Below are positions 1-11,062 of a stretch of DNA of 64,000 bases, piece after piece. Every line of letters begins with the position of its first letter. The first letter of the stretch is position 1. Made by a program: the position numbers and the translations under genes. This DNA comes from Ascoidea asiatica JCM 7603 (Eukaryota > Fungi > Ascomycota), in NCBI GenBank assembly GCA_001600695.1, contig BCKQ01000003.1:1355116-1419115 (forward strand), in the 5' to 3' direction. The notes under the pieces were generated by a model. It saw nothing but the letters and a program-made list of their open reading frames with translations, had not been told where the DNA came from and did no database searches.

Positions 1-163
1 ACATATTGTTTCCTCAGAAGGAATCAAAACTGATCCTACAAAGATCCAGAAAAACTTCAATTAAATGTGAAGAAGTCAAAATTCTTTTGCAAAGAAGTTA
101 AATTTTTAGAACATATTGTTTCCTCAGAAGGAATCAAAACTGATCCTACAAAGATCCAGAAAA
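1..163 (+). repeat. 110-bp-period tandem duplication inside the RT coding region
   Basis: Bases 1-53 are identical to 111-163 (acatattgtttcctcagaaggaatcaaaactgatcctacaaagatccagaaaa). Confidence 0.9.
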
Positions 164-2175
164 TCTTAAATTTGCCATTACCAAAATCAATTACTGATAT
201 AAAAGGTTTCATTAACTTATGCTCATATTACCGAAAATTTATCTCAAATTTTTCTCAACAAATGATCCCACTTACAGATTTATTGGTTGGGTCTCCTAAA
301 CCAGGAACAAAAATTAAATTAAAACCTTCTCAAATTGAATGCTTTACATCAATGAAAAAAACATTAACTACTGCTCCTGTTTTAAAAGCATTTGATCCTT
401 AGAGAGTTGCAATTTTAGAAACTGATGCTTCTGACTTTGCTTTAGTTTGTGTATTACTCCAACCCTATAAAAATGAGAACACTGGAAAGATCCAATTATT
501 TCCTGTTGGTTTTGAATCAAGAAAATTTTCAAAAACACAACAAAAGTATGCTGCTCAAGAGAGAGAACTTTTAGCTGTTGTTCATTCATTGATTCATTTT
601 CAAAAATATATTGAAGGATGCAAAATTATTGTTAGAACCGATCATGAATCTCTTCAATATATTAGAACTAAATCAGATCCTAGAAAAAGAGTTAGGAAAT
701 TCATTGAAATCATTGAACATTATGATTGTGATATTCAATATAAGCCTGGAAAACAAAATGTGGTTCCTGATTTACTATCAAGAAGGACTGATTTGGTTGA
801 TGAAAAAGCAAATGAGACATTAATGGAAATTGATGAACTTAATGAAACTGAAACTCAGATCAAAACCATCAAATCAATTAAGGATTTGTGTGAAGTCAAT
901 CTTATTAGAATTAAAGAATTTTTTCAAAATAAAAAAATTCCTAAAAATATGAGTTCTAAATTTATGTTTGCTAACTTTATTTTCTATGATAATGAACTAC
1001 ATATTAGAATCAAAGATCGTTTAGCTATTGTTTTAAGTGAAGATAAGTTTAAGGAAGCCTCTGAAAAAGTTCATCTTTCAAATTCTCACTGTTCCATTGG
1101 AAATCTAGAAAACATGGTAAATGAAAAATACTTTCATCCTGATAGTATTATATTATTTCAAGAAGTTATTAGAGTTTGTCCTCATTTTCAGCTTATGAAA
1201 AAGCCATCAGCTATTTCTAAGACATTAACTCCAATTCCATCTGCAACAGCCTTCTCAAGATGGGGGATGGATTATATTGGTCCTTTTCAAAAAGCTTTAT
1301 CTGGAAATAAATTTTGTATCACTGCAATTGATTATGGTACAGATTATGCTTATGCTGTTGCAACACCAGATACTGGCTCGTTACATGCTTTAAATTTAAT
1401 TCAAACTATGGTCACTAACGATGGTCAAATGAAAGAAATAATTATGGATAATGGTTCTGGTTTTGTTGCAAATAATGTTATTGAGAACTTAGATTTCTTA
1501 GGAATCAAATGTCGCAAAACTACTCCTTATCACCCAAGGATTAATGGTAAATGTGAGAAGTTTAATGGTTTATTCAAACAAATTTTATTTTATTTGAATG
1601 TTTCCTGAGAATGGGACCTCCTTATGAATGCTGCATTAATTCAATACAGGTCAAGAAAGTCAAAATATGGGTTGTCACCTTACTTTTTAGCTTTTGGTGT
1701 ATATTCAGGTTCAAGCAATAATATGCAACGTTAGGCAAGAGAACCTACAGATGCCGAGCATCAAGAAGCTACCCAATTAAGAGTCTTACAAATTCAAAAG
1801 CTAAATAAAAAAAGAAAGGAACATTCCAAAATTAAATGGAATATTGCAAATACCAAAAAGAACCTTCAAGAAGACAAAGCAGTCATTAACGTTTTTGAAG
1901 TAGGTGATTATGTTTTAAGACAAAGCGTTAGAAAACACAAATTGGAACCATATTATAATGGTCCACATATTGTGAAAAAGGTTTTTGAAAATAATGTTTA
2001 CAAACTTCCTACTTTAAACGGTGCTGATCTTAAAAATATAGTAAATGGTAATTGATTTTTGCCTGCTTTGACTGACGATAAGCATTCAATTAAAAACTTT
2101 TTTAATCATTCTCAAAAATTAGTAGATGGTGATAGATCAAGGTTAACTAAAATCTCAAGGGCCTTTGATTTGTAA
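1..2175 (+). mobile_element. Degenerate Ty3/gypsy LTR retrotransposon pol region (RT C-terminus, RNase H, integrase with GPY/F module); 5' part lies outside the window
   Basis: One reading frame from about 52 to TAA 2173-2175, interrupted by stops at 400, 1606, 1732 and 2053. Motifs in RT-RH-IN (gypsy) order: LQLNVKKSKF..EVKFLEHIV, FINLCSYYRKFI, LETDASDFAL, YAAQERELLAV, TDHESL, YKPGKQNVVPDLLSR, HxxxxH..CPHF (damaged HHCC), WGMDYIGP / MDNGSGF / NGKCEKFN (DDE), FEVGDYV..YNGPHIV. Confidence 0.95.
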
Positions 2176-2467
2176 ACGCGGAGCTATTTTATTGTTAATC
2201 ATTTTAGTTTTTTTTATTAAAATTGTCTTCGAATATTTTAGGCAATTCTTAAACTTTGTGAGCTTGCATATATTGTTCCACAACTACATTCTATTGCGTT
2301 CTCAGAATTTGCGTGTGCATGTTAAATGTACTAGAACGTTCTGGTTCTGCATTATTTATTCTTTCTTCGAAGTTCTGTTTGCAGTTCGAATGTACTGGAA
2401 TTTTCGTGTTTGTTCTTAGAATGACGTAGTCTCTTCTAGATCAATACTTTAATTTATTTTTTTTCTT

Positions 2468-2680
2468 AAGTATGGGAAGTGAACTTTCACAGACTAAATT
2501 TACAAATTTATTCTTACGATGAGTTACCCGCTCCTATTTTTCATTAATATAAATAGGGCACTTACCTCCCATATTTTTTATATAATTTTTGTATATTTTA
2601 TATTTTAATTAACAATTGTTTATAATTTGAATTAGATATCTTCTTAGTAATAATTAGATATTTTGCTGGAACTACAATCA
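2468..2680 (+). mobile_element. Putative polypurine tract and 3' LTR of the Ty3/gypsy element
   Basis: Purine-rich aagtatgggaag (2468-2479) is followed immediately by TG at 2480. There is an internal TATAAATAG, a candidate CA end at 2676 or 2680, and an abrupt switch to GC-rich sequence after it. No second LTR is in the window to confirm the boundaries. Confidence 0.45.
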
Positions 2681-3262
2681 GGGGCCAACGTGGGCCTGTC
2701 TGCCTGTTGATGCTGCGCTGGTGCTGCGCCAAAGGTGCGCAGCCATTGTTTTTTCTGTGCAATCGCGGTAGTTCCACTGCGCGCAAAAACTTCCCCTGTG
2801 CTTTTGCAATCCCAAAATACTGGCCAAACACCAACAGTTAGCGCACTCCATTTACTGCTAAAAAACCACTCTGCTTCAACACTGCACAATGGTAATAGCT
2901 TTACAGTGAGTTGAATATATTAGTTACCGTAACGTCAGAGACTTAATTTAGAGTGGTATATTTAGCTGGATGAAATAGAATTGAATATATTTCAAAAGAA
3001 CCTTTATAAACAAAGCTTTTCAAATCAAGTCTATTCTTTATTTATTATTTTCAATTCAATTCAGCCATTCTACGTAAACGATATAAACCACTATTAATTT
3101 TTATTTAATTCAAGTAGATTTAATTCTTCTTGATTAAAGGAATAAATATTCAGTTTAATTCACTTTTCTTCAATTCATTTCTTTTTTTTGTTGTTATTCC
3201 ATCTTTTTGATAATTCAAAATTTTCATATTCTAATAATATCTAATATCTTTATATATCTTTC

Positions 3263-5686
3263 ATGGCTGTTCGAAATTCTCTATTATCAAAGCTTGGAAA
3301 GCTCAAGGGAAGAATTATTATATCTTTATTAATATTCTTCTTGCTTTATAATATTTCTTTTTCTAATTCATATAATTCAACCGATACTGATATTCAATCA
3401 GATTCAAATGAAGATTCAATTCATGAAGGAATTTTATCGAAATCCAACTCAAATCCTAATTCAAATTCTAATTCTAATTCAAATTCAAATAATCTAGAGA
3501 ATTCAAATGATTTTAAAGGTGATTCAAATGATATCATTACTGATAAAGATAAAGAATTAATTTCAGAATTTGAATCGGAATTTACAACTTCAAATAATCT
3601 TGATACAAAAATTACTGGTAATAATATTGATATAATTAAATCTCAATCAATAAAAAATAAATTATTATCAAAAAAAATTTCACTTTCAACTGCTCAAACT
3701 ATTTTATATGCAAAATTAAATCATATTTTAAATAAAATTGATAATAATATTAATAATTCAATTAAAAAAGATTCTTTATTAAAAAATTCAAAATCAATTA
3801 ATGATTTATTAAAAATTACAAATTCAAAATTTTCAAATTCAAATAATAATTTACCATTTTTTAAAACTTTTTTCTCAAATTCACTTTATTCTAAAATTAT
3901 TTTAATTAATAATCCTCTTTATTCAAATATTAATGATAAAGATGAAAATAAAGAAGAAGCATTATTTAAAGATGAAAATAAAAATAGTGATAATAATAAT
4001 TTAATTGGTCAATCTCAATCTCAATTAGATCAAGTTGTTAATGATTTAAAAGAATTTAAAAAAACTGAATTATTTATTGATCCAAATTATAATAGAGATA
4101 CAAGAATAACTTCTTCAGAAATGGCAAAAGCTATAGCTGATGAATTTAATAATAATAATAAAGTTAAAAGAAGTTTCAAGAGAGATGAGTCTTCATCAAA
4201 TGAAAATAAAGAAAATAATGAAAATAATGAAAATAATGAAAACAAAGAAAATAACAAAAATAATGAAAATAAAAATAGTGATAAAAATAATGAAAAAAAG
4301 AATGATAAAATTCAGGAAAATATCAATGAACAATTAAAACAAAATGAATTTGCTGAAAATATTTCAAAAAATAAAGATAATTTCAAAGAAAATGATAATA
4401 ATAACAAAGAAAATAAAAACGGTGAAAATAAAAATAATGAAAATAATGGTAAAGATAAGGAAACTTTATTTAAAGATTCTGAATCTATTGAATTATCTAA
4501 AAGTAAAGAAAAAATGAATGCTTTAATTCAAAAAACTGAAGAAGAAAAAGGTAATATTAATAAAGGTGAATTTTCAAAAAAAGATGTAGCTGAAATATTA
4601 ATTATGGATGAAAATTCAAGACCTGAACAATTTAAAAGAAAACAAAAACCAATTAATTTTCAAGATACTAAAATTGATATTTTAGCTGAAGATGAATTAC
4701 CAACTGTTTTAATTCTAATAACTATAAAAGATTCAAATTCTTTTGGTCCTGATAGAAAATTTGATGATTTAATGAAACTTATAATAAATTTGAATTATCC
4801 AATTTCAAAAATTAGTTTAGGTATTACTGTAATTGATGTTGAATTATTTTTATCAATTGAAGAATTTTTCACTGATTATTATGAAGATATTAAAATTTTT
4901 AAAGTTTCAACTAATAAACAAGAAGATTTAAGATATGGTGATAATGGTTTGATTCCTGATAATTCAAATAGAAAAGTTGAAATAATAAGTAAAAATGATA
5001 TTGCTGGTGATGATAATAGTGAGGTTGCTTCTACTAAAGAAAAACTTGCTAAAATAACTTTAGTTAATTCTCCATTTATTGAAAATTTCGAAGCTGATAG
5101 AGATAATAGACAAGCTCCTGAAATTCAAAAAGAAAGAAGAAGAGTTATTGCAAGATCAAGAAACTTTTTAATAACTGCTGCTTTAGAAGATGAAGATTAT
5201 ACTTTATGGATCGATTCTGATATGAAAAGAATACCTTCTAATAGTCTTATAAAAATGGTTTCATCTAAAAAAGATATAATCACTTTAAGGGTTACTCAAG
5301 GTCCAAATCCTGATTATGATTTAAATGCTTGGGTTGGTTTAAGAAAAGAACCAAATATTATAGAAAATTTTAAATTAGATGGAAAAATAAATGATCCAAA
5401 TTTTCTTTGGGTTCCTCAAGATTTTAATGTAAAACATTTAAATAATTTTGATAATAAAAATGTTGATTATATGGTTGAAATGGATAGTGTTGGAGGTACA
5501 TTCCTTTTAGTAAAATCAGATATTCATAGACAAGGTATAATGTTTCCAACATATTATGTCATTGGAACTAATTTTGAAAGACTTGAAGGTTATGATGGCA
5601 TTGAGACTGAAGGTCTTTGTTTTCAAGCTAATACAATTGGTTATACTTGTTGGGCAATGCCAAATATTGTTGCAGAACATCCTTAA
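3263..5686 (+). CDS. Anp1/Mnn9/Van1-family (GT62) Golgi mannosyltransferase-like type II membrane protein with a long N/K/E-rich stem
   Basis: N-terminal TM (IIISLLIFFLLYNISF). C-terminal domain with LNYPISKISLG, QKERRRVIARSRNFL, WIDSD (DxD), YDLNAW, MDSVGGTFLLVKSDIHRQG, IETEGL..A..IGY.CWAMPN. Confidence 0.88.
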   Translation: MAVRNSLLSKLGKLKGRIIISLLIFFLLYNISFSNSYNSTDTDIQSDSNEDSIHEGILSKSNSNPNSNSNSNSNSNNLENSNDFKGDSNDIITDKDKELISEFESEFTTSNNLDTKITGNNIDIIKSQSIKNKLLSKKISLSTAQTILYAKLNHILNKIDNNINNSIKKDSLLKNSKSINDLLKITNSKFSNSNNNLPFFKTFFSNSLYSKIILINNPLYSNINDKDENKEEALFKDENKNSDNNNLIGQSQSQLDQVVNDLKEFKKTELFIDPNYNRDTRITSSEMAKAIADEFNNNNKVKRSFKRDESSSNENKENNENNENNENKENNKNNENKNSDKNNEKKNDKIQENINEQLKQNEFAENISKNKDNFKENDNNNKENKNGENKNNENNGKDKETLFKDSESIELSKSKEKMNALIQKTEEEKGNINKGEFSKKDVAEILIMDENSRPEQFKRKQKPINFQDTKIDILAEDELPTVLILITIKDSNSFGPDRKFDDLMKLIINLNYPISKISLGITVIDVELFLSIEEFFTDYYEDIKIFKVSTNKQEDLRYGDNGLIPDNSNRKVEIISKNDIAGDDNSEVASTKEKLAKITLVNSPFIENFEADRDNRQAPEIQKERRRVIARSRNFLITAALEDEDYTLWIDSDMKRIPSNSLIKMVSSKKDIITLRVTQGPNPDYDLNAWVGLRKEPNIIENFKLDGKINDPNFLWVPQDFNVKHLNNFDNKNVDYMVEMDSVGGTFLLVKSDIHRQGIMFPTYYVIGTNFERLEGYDGIETEGLCFQANTIGYTCWAMPNIVAEHP

Positions 5687-5883
5687 ATGGGTTGATTTTC
5701 ACCTTAAATATTTAATTCTATAATTTATTCTATATTTTTAATTGGAAATCTCATAATAATGTATTTTTATTTATCATTTTTTTAAATTAACTTCTTTGAA
5801 GCTTTTGTAAAAAAAAAAGAACCTATTAAAAGGGCATTTATTCTAGTGATATACATTATATAGAGAAAACAAGTTAAAACTAG

Positions 5884-8670
5884 CTATATGATACTTATAG
5901 GAACAATTGAAGGTCTTCCATGGGCACATTGGAAAGGTAACAAACAAGCTTTCAAACTATTTAATATCGATTCACACTCAGATTTGTTTAATGAATCTCC
6001 AAACATGATAGCAGATCTACATGCCTTTGAATTTAAAGAATCAATTATTACTTTTGGCATAAATCTTAATTCATTGAGCCATTTATCTAATACATAATCA
6101 TCTTTCTCTCGATATTCTATAGAAAATTTATTTTTTTCCATTAAAGAATAACCATGTTCCAATAAACTTCTTTTAACAAATTCAGTATCTTTATTAGTAA
6201 TTTTATCCATTAATACGAATGGTAAATGAGTAACAGAAATTGAACAATTTGAAGAATTTAATTTAGAATCATTATTTAGAGTGAAATCAAACCCCCAAAA
6301 TTGAAAATCTTTTAAATAATTTTTTAATATTTCAAGTTCATTAAGAGATATAGGAAATGAAATAGGATTATTTAATTTTCTAGAAACTTTATCTTTGAAA
6401 TCTTTTAAAGAAATAATAAAATTTTTAAATAATTCTTCAACTTTTATTCTTTCATCACAAGCATGCTGATCTGCGACTAATAAAATTATTTTTTTATCTC
6501 TTACTAATTTAACTAAAATAAATTTATTATCGAATTGAGAAATAACTTTTAAATTACTAATATCTTCTTTTTTAAGTTGAAAATTATTTTGAGAATTTAA
6601 ATTAGATTCTGAGTCGAAATCTTGAAAATATTTTGATTCATTAGGTAATTTTAAATAATTACTTTTAAATCCATTATTTTCTTTATTATCGTTTTTATTA
6701 TCATTACAATTTGTACATATATGTTTATGGTTATAATTTGCTTTGAATTTAACATTTTCAAGTTTTGGTCTTGTAATTAATTTATCAGTTTTAAATACTT
6801 GATTATTATTATAGTTATTATTATTATAATTTTTATCAATATTCAATTGAGATTTGATATTTAATTGATTATTGTTTATCAAATTCAAATCATATTTTTT
6901 AATTTCCCAGCGACCATTTAATTCTTTTGGAATAATTTTTGCACTTTTTATTTTAGAATTGAAAAATAAACTAACTGATTTTTTTTTAATTTTTTTACTT
7001 AAAATTGTGAAACTTTTATCAGTATTTAATTTTCTATTTACATGTCTTTTATTTAAATTTGAAGTATGAATAGATTTTTTTATTTTCTTTTTACTCTTGT
7101 TTTCTTTATTTATTTCAAATTGATTTTCATTTTCTGAATCAATTTCATTCTCACTTTCATTTTGAGCTTGTGAATCAATCTTTAACTGGTTTTCTAAATT
7201 ATTATCTAAATTATTATCTAAATTATTATCTAAATTATTATCTAAATTATTATCTAAATCATTATCTGAATCAGTTTTTGAATCAGTCTCATTATCACTT
7301 TTTAAATCATTAGAAACAGAATCAAATTTTCTTTTAAGATTAATACCTTTTGAATAATTTTTAGTTTTATAACCATGATGTTTTAAGAATTGTTTTAAAA
7401 CATTTAAAATTAAATAAATTATATCTGAATTTAAATTATTTAAGAAATTAATATCAATTGAGTCTGAAGTTGAAATTTTTAAAATAAAAACTGGAAATCT
7501 TGAAAATGATTTTGATTTTGAATTATTTGAACCATAAATATGATAAGGAAGTTTAAAATTTTGAGGAGAAATTTGTTTTTGAATTGGAGATATAAATAAA
7601 TTTTGAAAATTATTTAAATAACCGAAATTTGAAGATTTAAAAATAGAATTAATTTTAGAATAAATTAAATTTGAATTATTATTAATTAAAATATTATTAA
7701 TATAAATAAATTGAAATTTTTTTGATTGAATTGGAATTGTTGAAATTATACCAATTAATTTAAAAGATTTAAAAAAAGCAGATAAATTTTGAAAATTTTT
7801 AATTAAAGAAATTCCAAAAATTGAATTTAAAATTTTAATCAATGAATTTGAATTTGAATTTGTATTTGTATTTGTATTTGTATTTGGATTTGAATTTAAA
7901 TTATTTTGATTATGATTATAATTATTAATTAATTGAATATTTGAAGTTGAAATGAAATTTTTAACAATTAATGAATTTATATTATTATTAATATTTTTAA
8001 TTAAATGATTAAATAAAATTAATCTAATATTATCAATTTTTTTTAAATTTGATAATTTTAAATATTGAAATTGTCTTACAGGTAAATTATAAAAAAGATT
8101 ATTAATAATAATTATTGTACCAGAATTTGGAATTAAATTAGAAATTGAATTAAAAGTAAAAGAAATTGGAATATTAAATTTATTTTTAAAAAAATTATTT
8201 AAGATTTTAATTTTTGAATTTGAAATTAAATTTAAAAATTGATCATTATTAAAATATTGAATTGAAGAAATGGTATTATCATTGTTGTTATTATTATTTG
8301 GTAATAATTTTGTAAAATTTCCATTGATAAAAGATTTTATATAAGTTGAATTATAATCTTTTGATTTTGAGATTATGAATAAATTTTCAGAATTTTTTAT
8401 AATTGAATGTAATGAAGTATATGAATTTTCTAAATTTTCTAAGATTATTGGAGAAATTCCAATTCCATCATCTTTTAAAATTAAACTTAAGTTATTTAAA
8501 TTTAATATTAATTTTAAATTCAAATTTATATTTGAATTTGAATTTAAATTTTGAGTAAAATTTAAAATTTCTTTAATTACAATATTAATTGAATTTATTT
8601 TATATTCAGAAGTTATTAAAGAAGCTAAATCATCATCTAAAGATTTTATAATCTGATTAGATTCAGTCAT
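5884..8670 (-). CDS. MLH3: MutL homologue Mlh3 (mismatch repair / meiotic crossover endonuclease)
   Basis: DDGIG, SKSKDYNS, GTIIIINNLFYNLPVR, QFDNKFIL, endonuclease motif DQHACDERIKVE, SKACRSAIMFGD, C-terminal PFQCAHGRPS. Confidence 0.93.
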   Translation of the reverse strand: MTESNQIIKSLDDDLASLITSEYKINSINIVIKEILNFTQNLNSNSNINLNLKLILNLNNLSLILKDDGIGISPIILENLENSYTSLHSIIKNSENLFIISKSKDYNSTYIKSFINGNFTKLLPNNNNNNDNTISSIQYFNNDQFLNLISNSKIKILNNFFKNKFNIPISFTFNSISNLIPNSGTIIIINNLFYNLPVRQFQYLKLSNLKKIDNIRLILFNHLIKNINNNINSLIVKNFISTSNIQLINNYNHNQNNLNSNPNTNTNTNTNSNSNSLIKILNSIFGISLIKNFQNLSAFFKSFKLIGIISTIPIQSKKFQFIYINNILINNNSNLIYSKINSIFKSSNFGYLNNFQNLFISPIQKQISPQNFKLPYHIYGSNNSKSKSFSRFPVFILKISTSDSIDINFLNNLNSDIIYLILNVLKQFLKHHGYKTKNYSKGINLKRKFDSVSNDLKSDNETDSKTDSDNDLDNNLDNNLDNNLDNNLDNNLENQLKIDSQAQNESENEIDSENENQFEINKENKSKKKIKKSIHTSNLNKRHVNRKLNTDKSFTILSKKIKKKSVSLFFNSKIKSAKIIPKELNGRWEIKKYDLNLINNNQLNIKSQLNIDKNYNNNNYNNNQVFKTDKLITRPKLENVKFKANYNHKHICTNCNDNKNDNKENNGFKSNYLKLPNESKYFQDFDSESNLNSQNNFQLKKEDISNLKVISQFDNKFILVKLVRDKKIILLVADQHACDERIKVEELFKNFIISLKDFKDKVSRKLNNPISFPISLNELEILKNYLKDFQFWGFDFTLNNDSKLNSSNCSISVTHLPFVLMDKITNKDTEFVKRSLLEHGYSLMEKNKFSIEYREKDDYVLDKWLNELRFMPKVIIDSLNSKACRSAIMFGDSLNKSECESILNSLKACLLPFQCAHGRPSIVPISII
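7193..7260 (-). repeat. 12-bp coding minisatellite (LDNN) x5-6 in the Mlh3 linker
   Basis: (tctaaattatta)n on the + strand. Confidence 0.9.
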
Positions 8671-8865
8671 TGGAACTTAAATAGTTATATATGATGATAT
8701 TTGATAATAAATTCTAAAAACAAAATCATTATTATATAAGAATATAAGATATAAAATTTAAATTGAGAAGAATAGAAATGACATTGAAAAGGAATTTCAA
8801 AGTACAAACTTGAAAATGTATCTATTGATGATTCTTTGATTGATTCTTAGTATTCAATCCAGTGT

Positions 8866-8895
8866 TTGAATTGAATTGAATTGAATTGAATTGAA
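8866..8895. repeat. (TTGAA)6 microsatellite upstream of MLH3
   Basis: Read directly from the sequence. Confidence 0.9.
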
Positions 8896-9535
8896 TAACT
8901 GAACAGTCTTTTGATTAATGATTATTTGATTAAATATATTGTTGGTTATTGTTTATTTATTTATTTATTGTTTGTTGATTCAAATCTTTTAATTGCTTTA
9001 ATTGCCATTTACACAAAATAAACTTTTCATTCCATCCACAAAGATGGTAGACGTATGGTGGTGTGAATTACTGCACCAGTACATCCAGACGCACCACTGC
9101 ACATCATAAAACATGACCCACTGTCCTGGTAATTAAAATCATTTCACCTTAAATCCGAAACTTCCGATCATCTCCGACTGGCTGGAAAATACGACTACGG
9201 CCAGAACTTTGACTTGAGTTCAGCAGATTTCTTACTGCCACTACGTAATTGAAAGATTAAACAAGCTTTTCAGAATCTCTTTAATTTACACTCTAAATCG
9301 ACAACTATTTATTTATTATTTATTATTTATCATTTATTTATTGTTTATTATTTTGTTGGTCTTTTCGGTGTCATCTGACACTGCAAAGCAATTTAATTCT
9401 ATTTAGTTATTCAATTCAATTCAATTCTTTGTTTTAAGTCTCTCAAAGTTTTATTACTAAGCATTTAAACTCAGAGAAAATAATATAAATACCATTCCAA
9501 TTCTTCCATTTTATTCTATTCAGAAACATACTCAC

Positions 9536-9582
9536 TTCAATTCAATTTCAATTTCACTTCAATTCAATTCAATTCAATTCAA
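9536..9582. repeat. (TTCAA)n microsatellite upstream of the aldo-keto reductase
   Basis: Five perfect copies at 9558-9582 plus degenerate copies before them. Confidence 0.9.
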
Positions 9583-9637
9583 TTGAGGTTCTTTTTCAAA
9601 TAAATATCAAATAAAATTTCTTTAACTATTAATAATC

Positions 9638-10543
9638 ATGACAGAATATTATACATTGAATGATGGAAATAAAATTCCAGTTATTGGTTTTGGTACATGG
9701 CAAGCAAGTCCAGAAGATGCTTATAATTCTGTTTTAAATGCAATAAAATCTGGTTATAGACATATTGATACTGCTCTTGTTTATGGTAATGAAAAAGATG
9801 TTGGTAAAGCAATAAAAGATTCTGGAATTTCAAGAGATAAATTATTTATTACAACTAAATTATGGTGTACTTATTATAATAATGTTGAAAATGCTTTAAA
9901 TTTAAGTTTATCAAATCTTGGTTTAGATTATATTGATTTATATTTAATTCATTGGCCTATTGGTATGAATTCTGGTAATGATCCAAATAATTTATTTCCA
10001 ATGAAATCAAATGGTTCAAGAGATATTATTGAAAATTGGAATTATATTAATACTTATTTACAATTACAAGAATTACCAAAATCTGGTAAAGTTAAATCAA
10101 TTGGTGTTTCAAATTATTCAATTTTAAAATTAAAAAATTTATTAAATAATTCAAATTTAAAAATTAAACCATGTATTAATCAAGTTGAAATTCATCCATA
10201 TTTACCACAATCTGATTTAATTAAATTTTGTTCAAAAAATAATATTTTATTAGAAGCTTATAGTCCATTAGGTTCAACTGAATCTCCATTATTTAAACAT
10301 AAAACAATAATTGAAATTGCAAAAAAAAATAATGTTACAACTGCTCAAGTTTTAATTTCTTGGGGTATTTCTAGAGGTTATGCTGTTTTACCAAAATCTA
10401 TAACACCTTCAAGAATTGAATCAAATTTAAAATATTTTAAAATTTCAAAATCTGATGTTGAATTAATTAATCAAATTTCTAAAATTGAAGGAACTAAAAG
10501 ATTTTGTAATCCTGATTTTGGTACTAATATCTTTGATGAATAA
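9638..10543 (+). CDS. GCY1: NADPH-dependent aldo-keto reductase (Gcy1/Ypr1-like)
   Basis: IPVIGFGTWQ, GYRHIDTALVYGNE, LFITTKLW, DYIDLYLIHWP, KSIGVSN, NQVEIHPYLPQ, AYSPLGS, LPKS. The symbol names the closest family member and orthology is not proven. Confidence 0.9.
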   Translation: MTEYYTLNDGNKIPVIGFGTWQASPEDAYNSVLNAIKSGYRHIDTALVYGNEKDVGKAIKDSGISRDKLFITTKLWCTYYNNVENALNLSLSNLGLDYIDLYLIHWPIGMNSGNDPNNLFPMKSNGSRDIIENWNYINTYLQLQELPKSGKVKSIGVSNYSILKLKNLLNNSNLKIKPCINQVEIHPYLPQSDLIKFCSKNNILLEAYSPLGSTESPLFKHKTIIEIAKKNNVTTAQVLISWGISRGYAVLPKSITPSRIESNLKYFKISKSDVELINQISKIEGTKRFCNPDFGTNIFDE

Positions 10544-10758
10544 TTATTTTAAATTTTCTATTTAACACTATTTCAATGCAAATATACATAAGTTTTTTAT
10601 ATAAACAATAGTCAATGAATAATCACTCAATAAACACTTAAACACTCAACAGTTGATGTTTGCTTAAACGCTGAGGAAACAGAAAAATAAACAGTAGAAC
10701 AGATCCGTAGACATCCACGTACCGGATTTAGTACCCATCCGCTTATTATATTAACAGT

Positions 10759-10818
10759 TTATTTACTTATTTACTTATTTACTTATTTACTTATTTACTT
10801 ATTTATTTACTTATTTAT
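10759..10818. repeat. (TTATTTAC)n 8-bp tandem repeat
   Basis: About 6-7 copies, read directly. Confidence 0.85.
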
Positions 10819-11062
10819 TGATTGTTATTGAATATACGTTTATTTATTTATCTATTGAGTAATTGATGAATACATTATCAATGAATATATTCATAATTGA
10901 ATTGAATGAAGAACATCATTGATCAAATATATTATTAGTGGAATGCAAAAGATAACATAAAAATAATTAATCAATAATATTTAAAACGCTTTTTCAAATT
11001 TATCTTTTAATTCAAATTTTAATAATTATCATCAATTAAAATAAAATGACTATTTATAAATA

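Noticed and set aside
400-402. Programmed stop-codon readthrough in the retroelement pol
   Set aside because: There are four scattered stops plus damaged catalytic motifs, so decay is the simpler explanation.
2165-2889. Small ORFs 2165..2419, 2598..2834 and 2644..2889
   Set aside because: Non-ATG starts lying in the retroelement 3' region/LTR and a GC island; probably chance.
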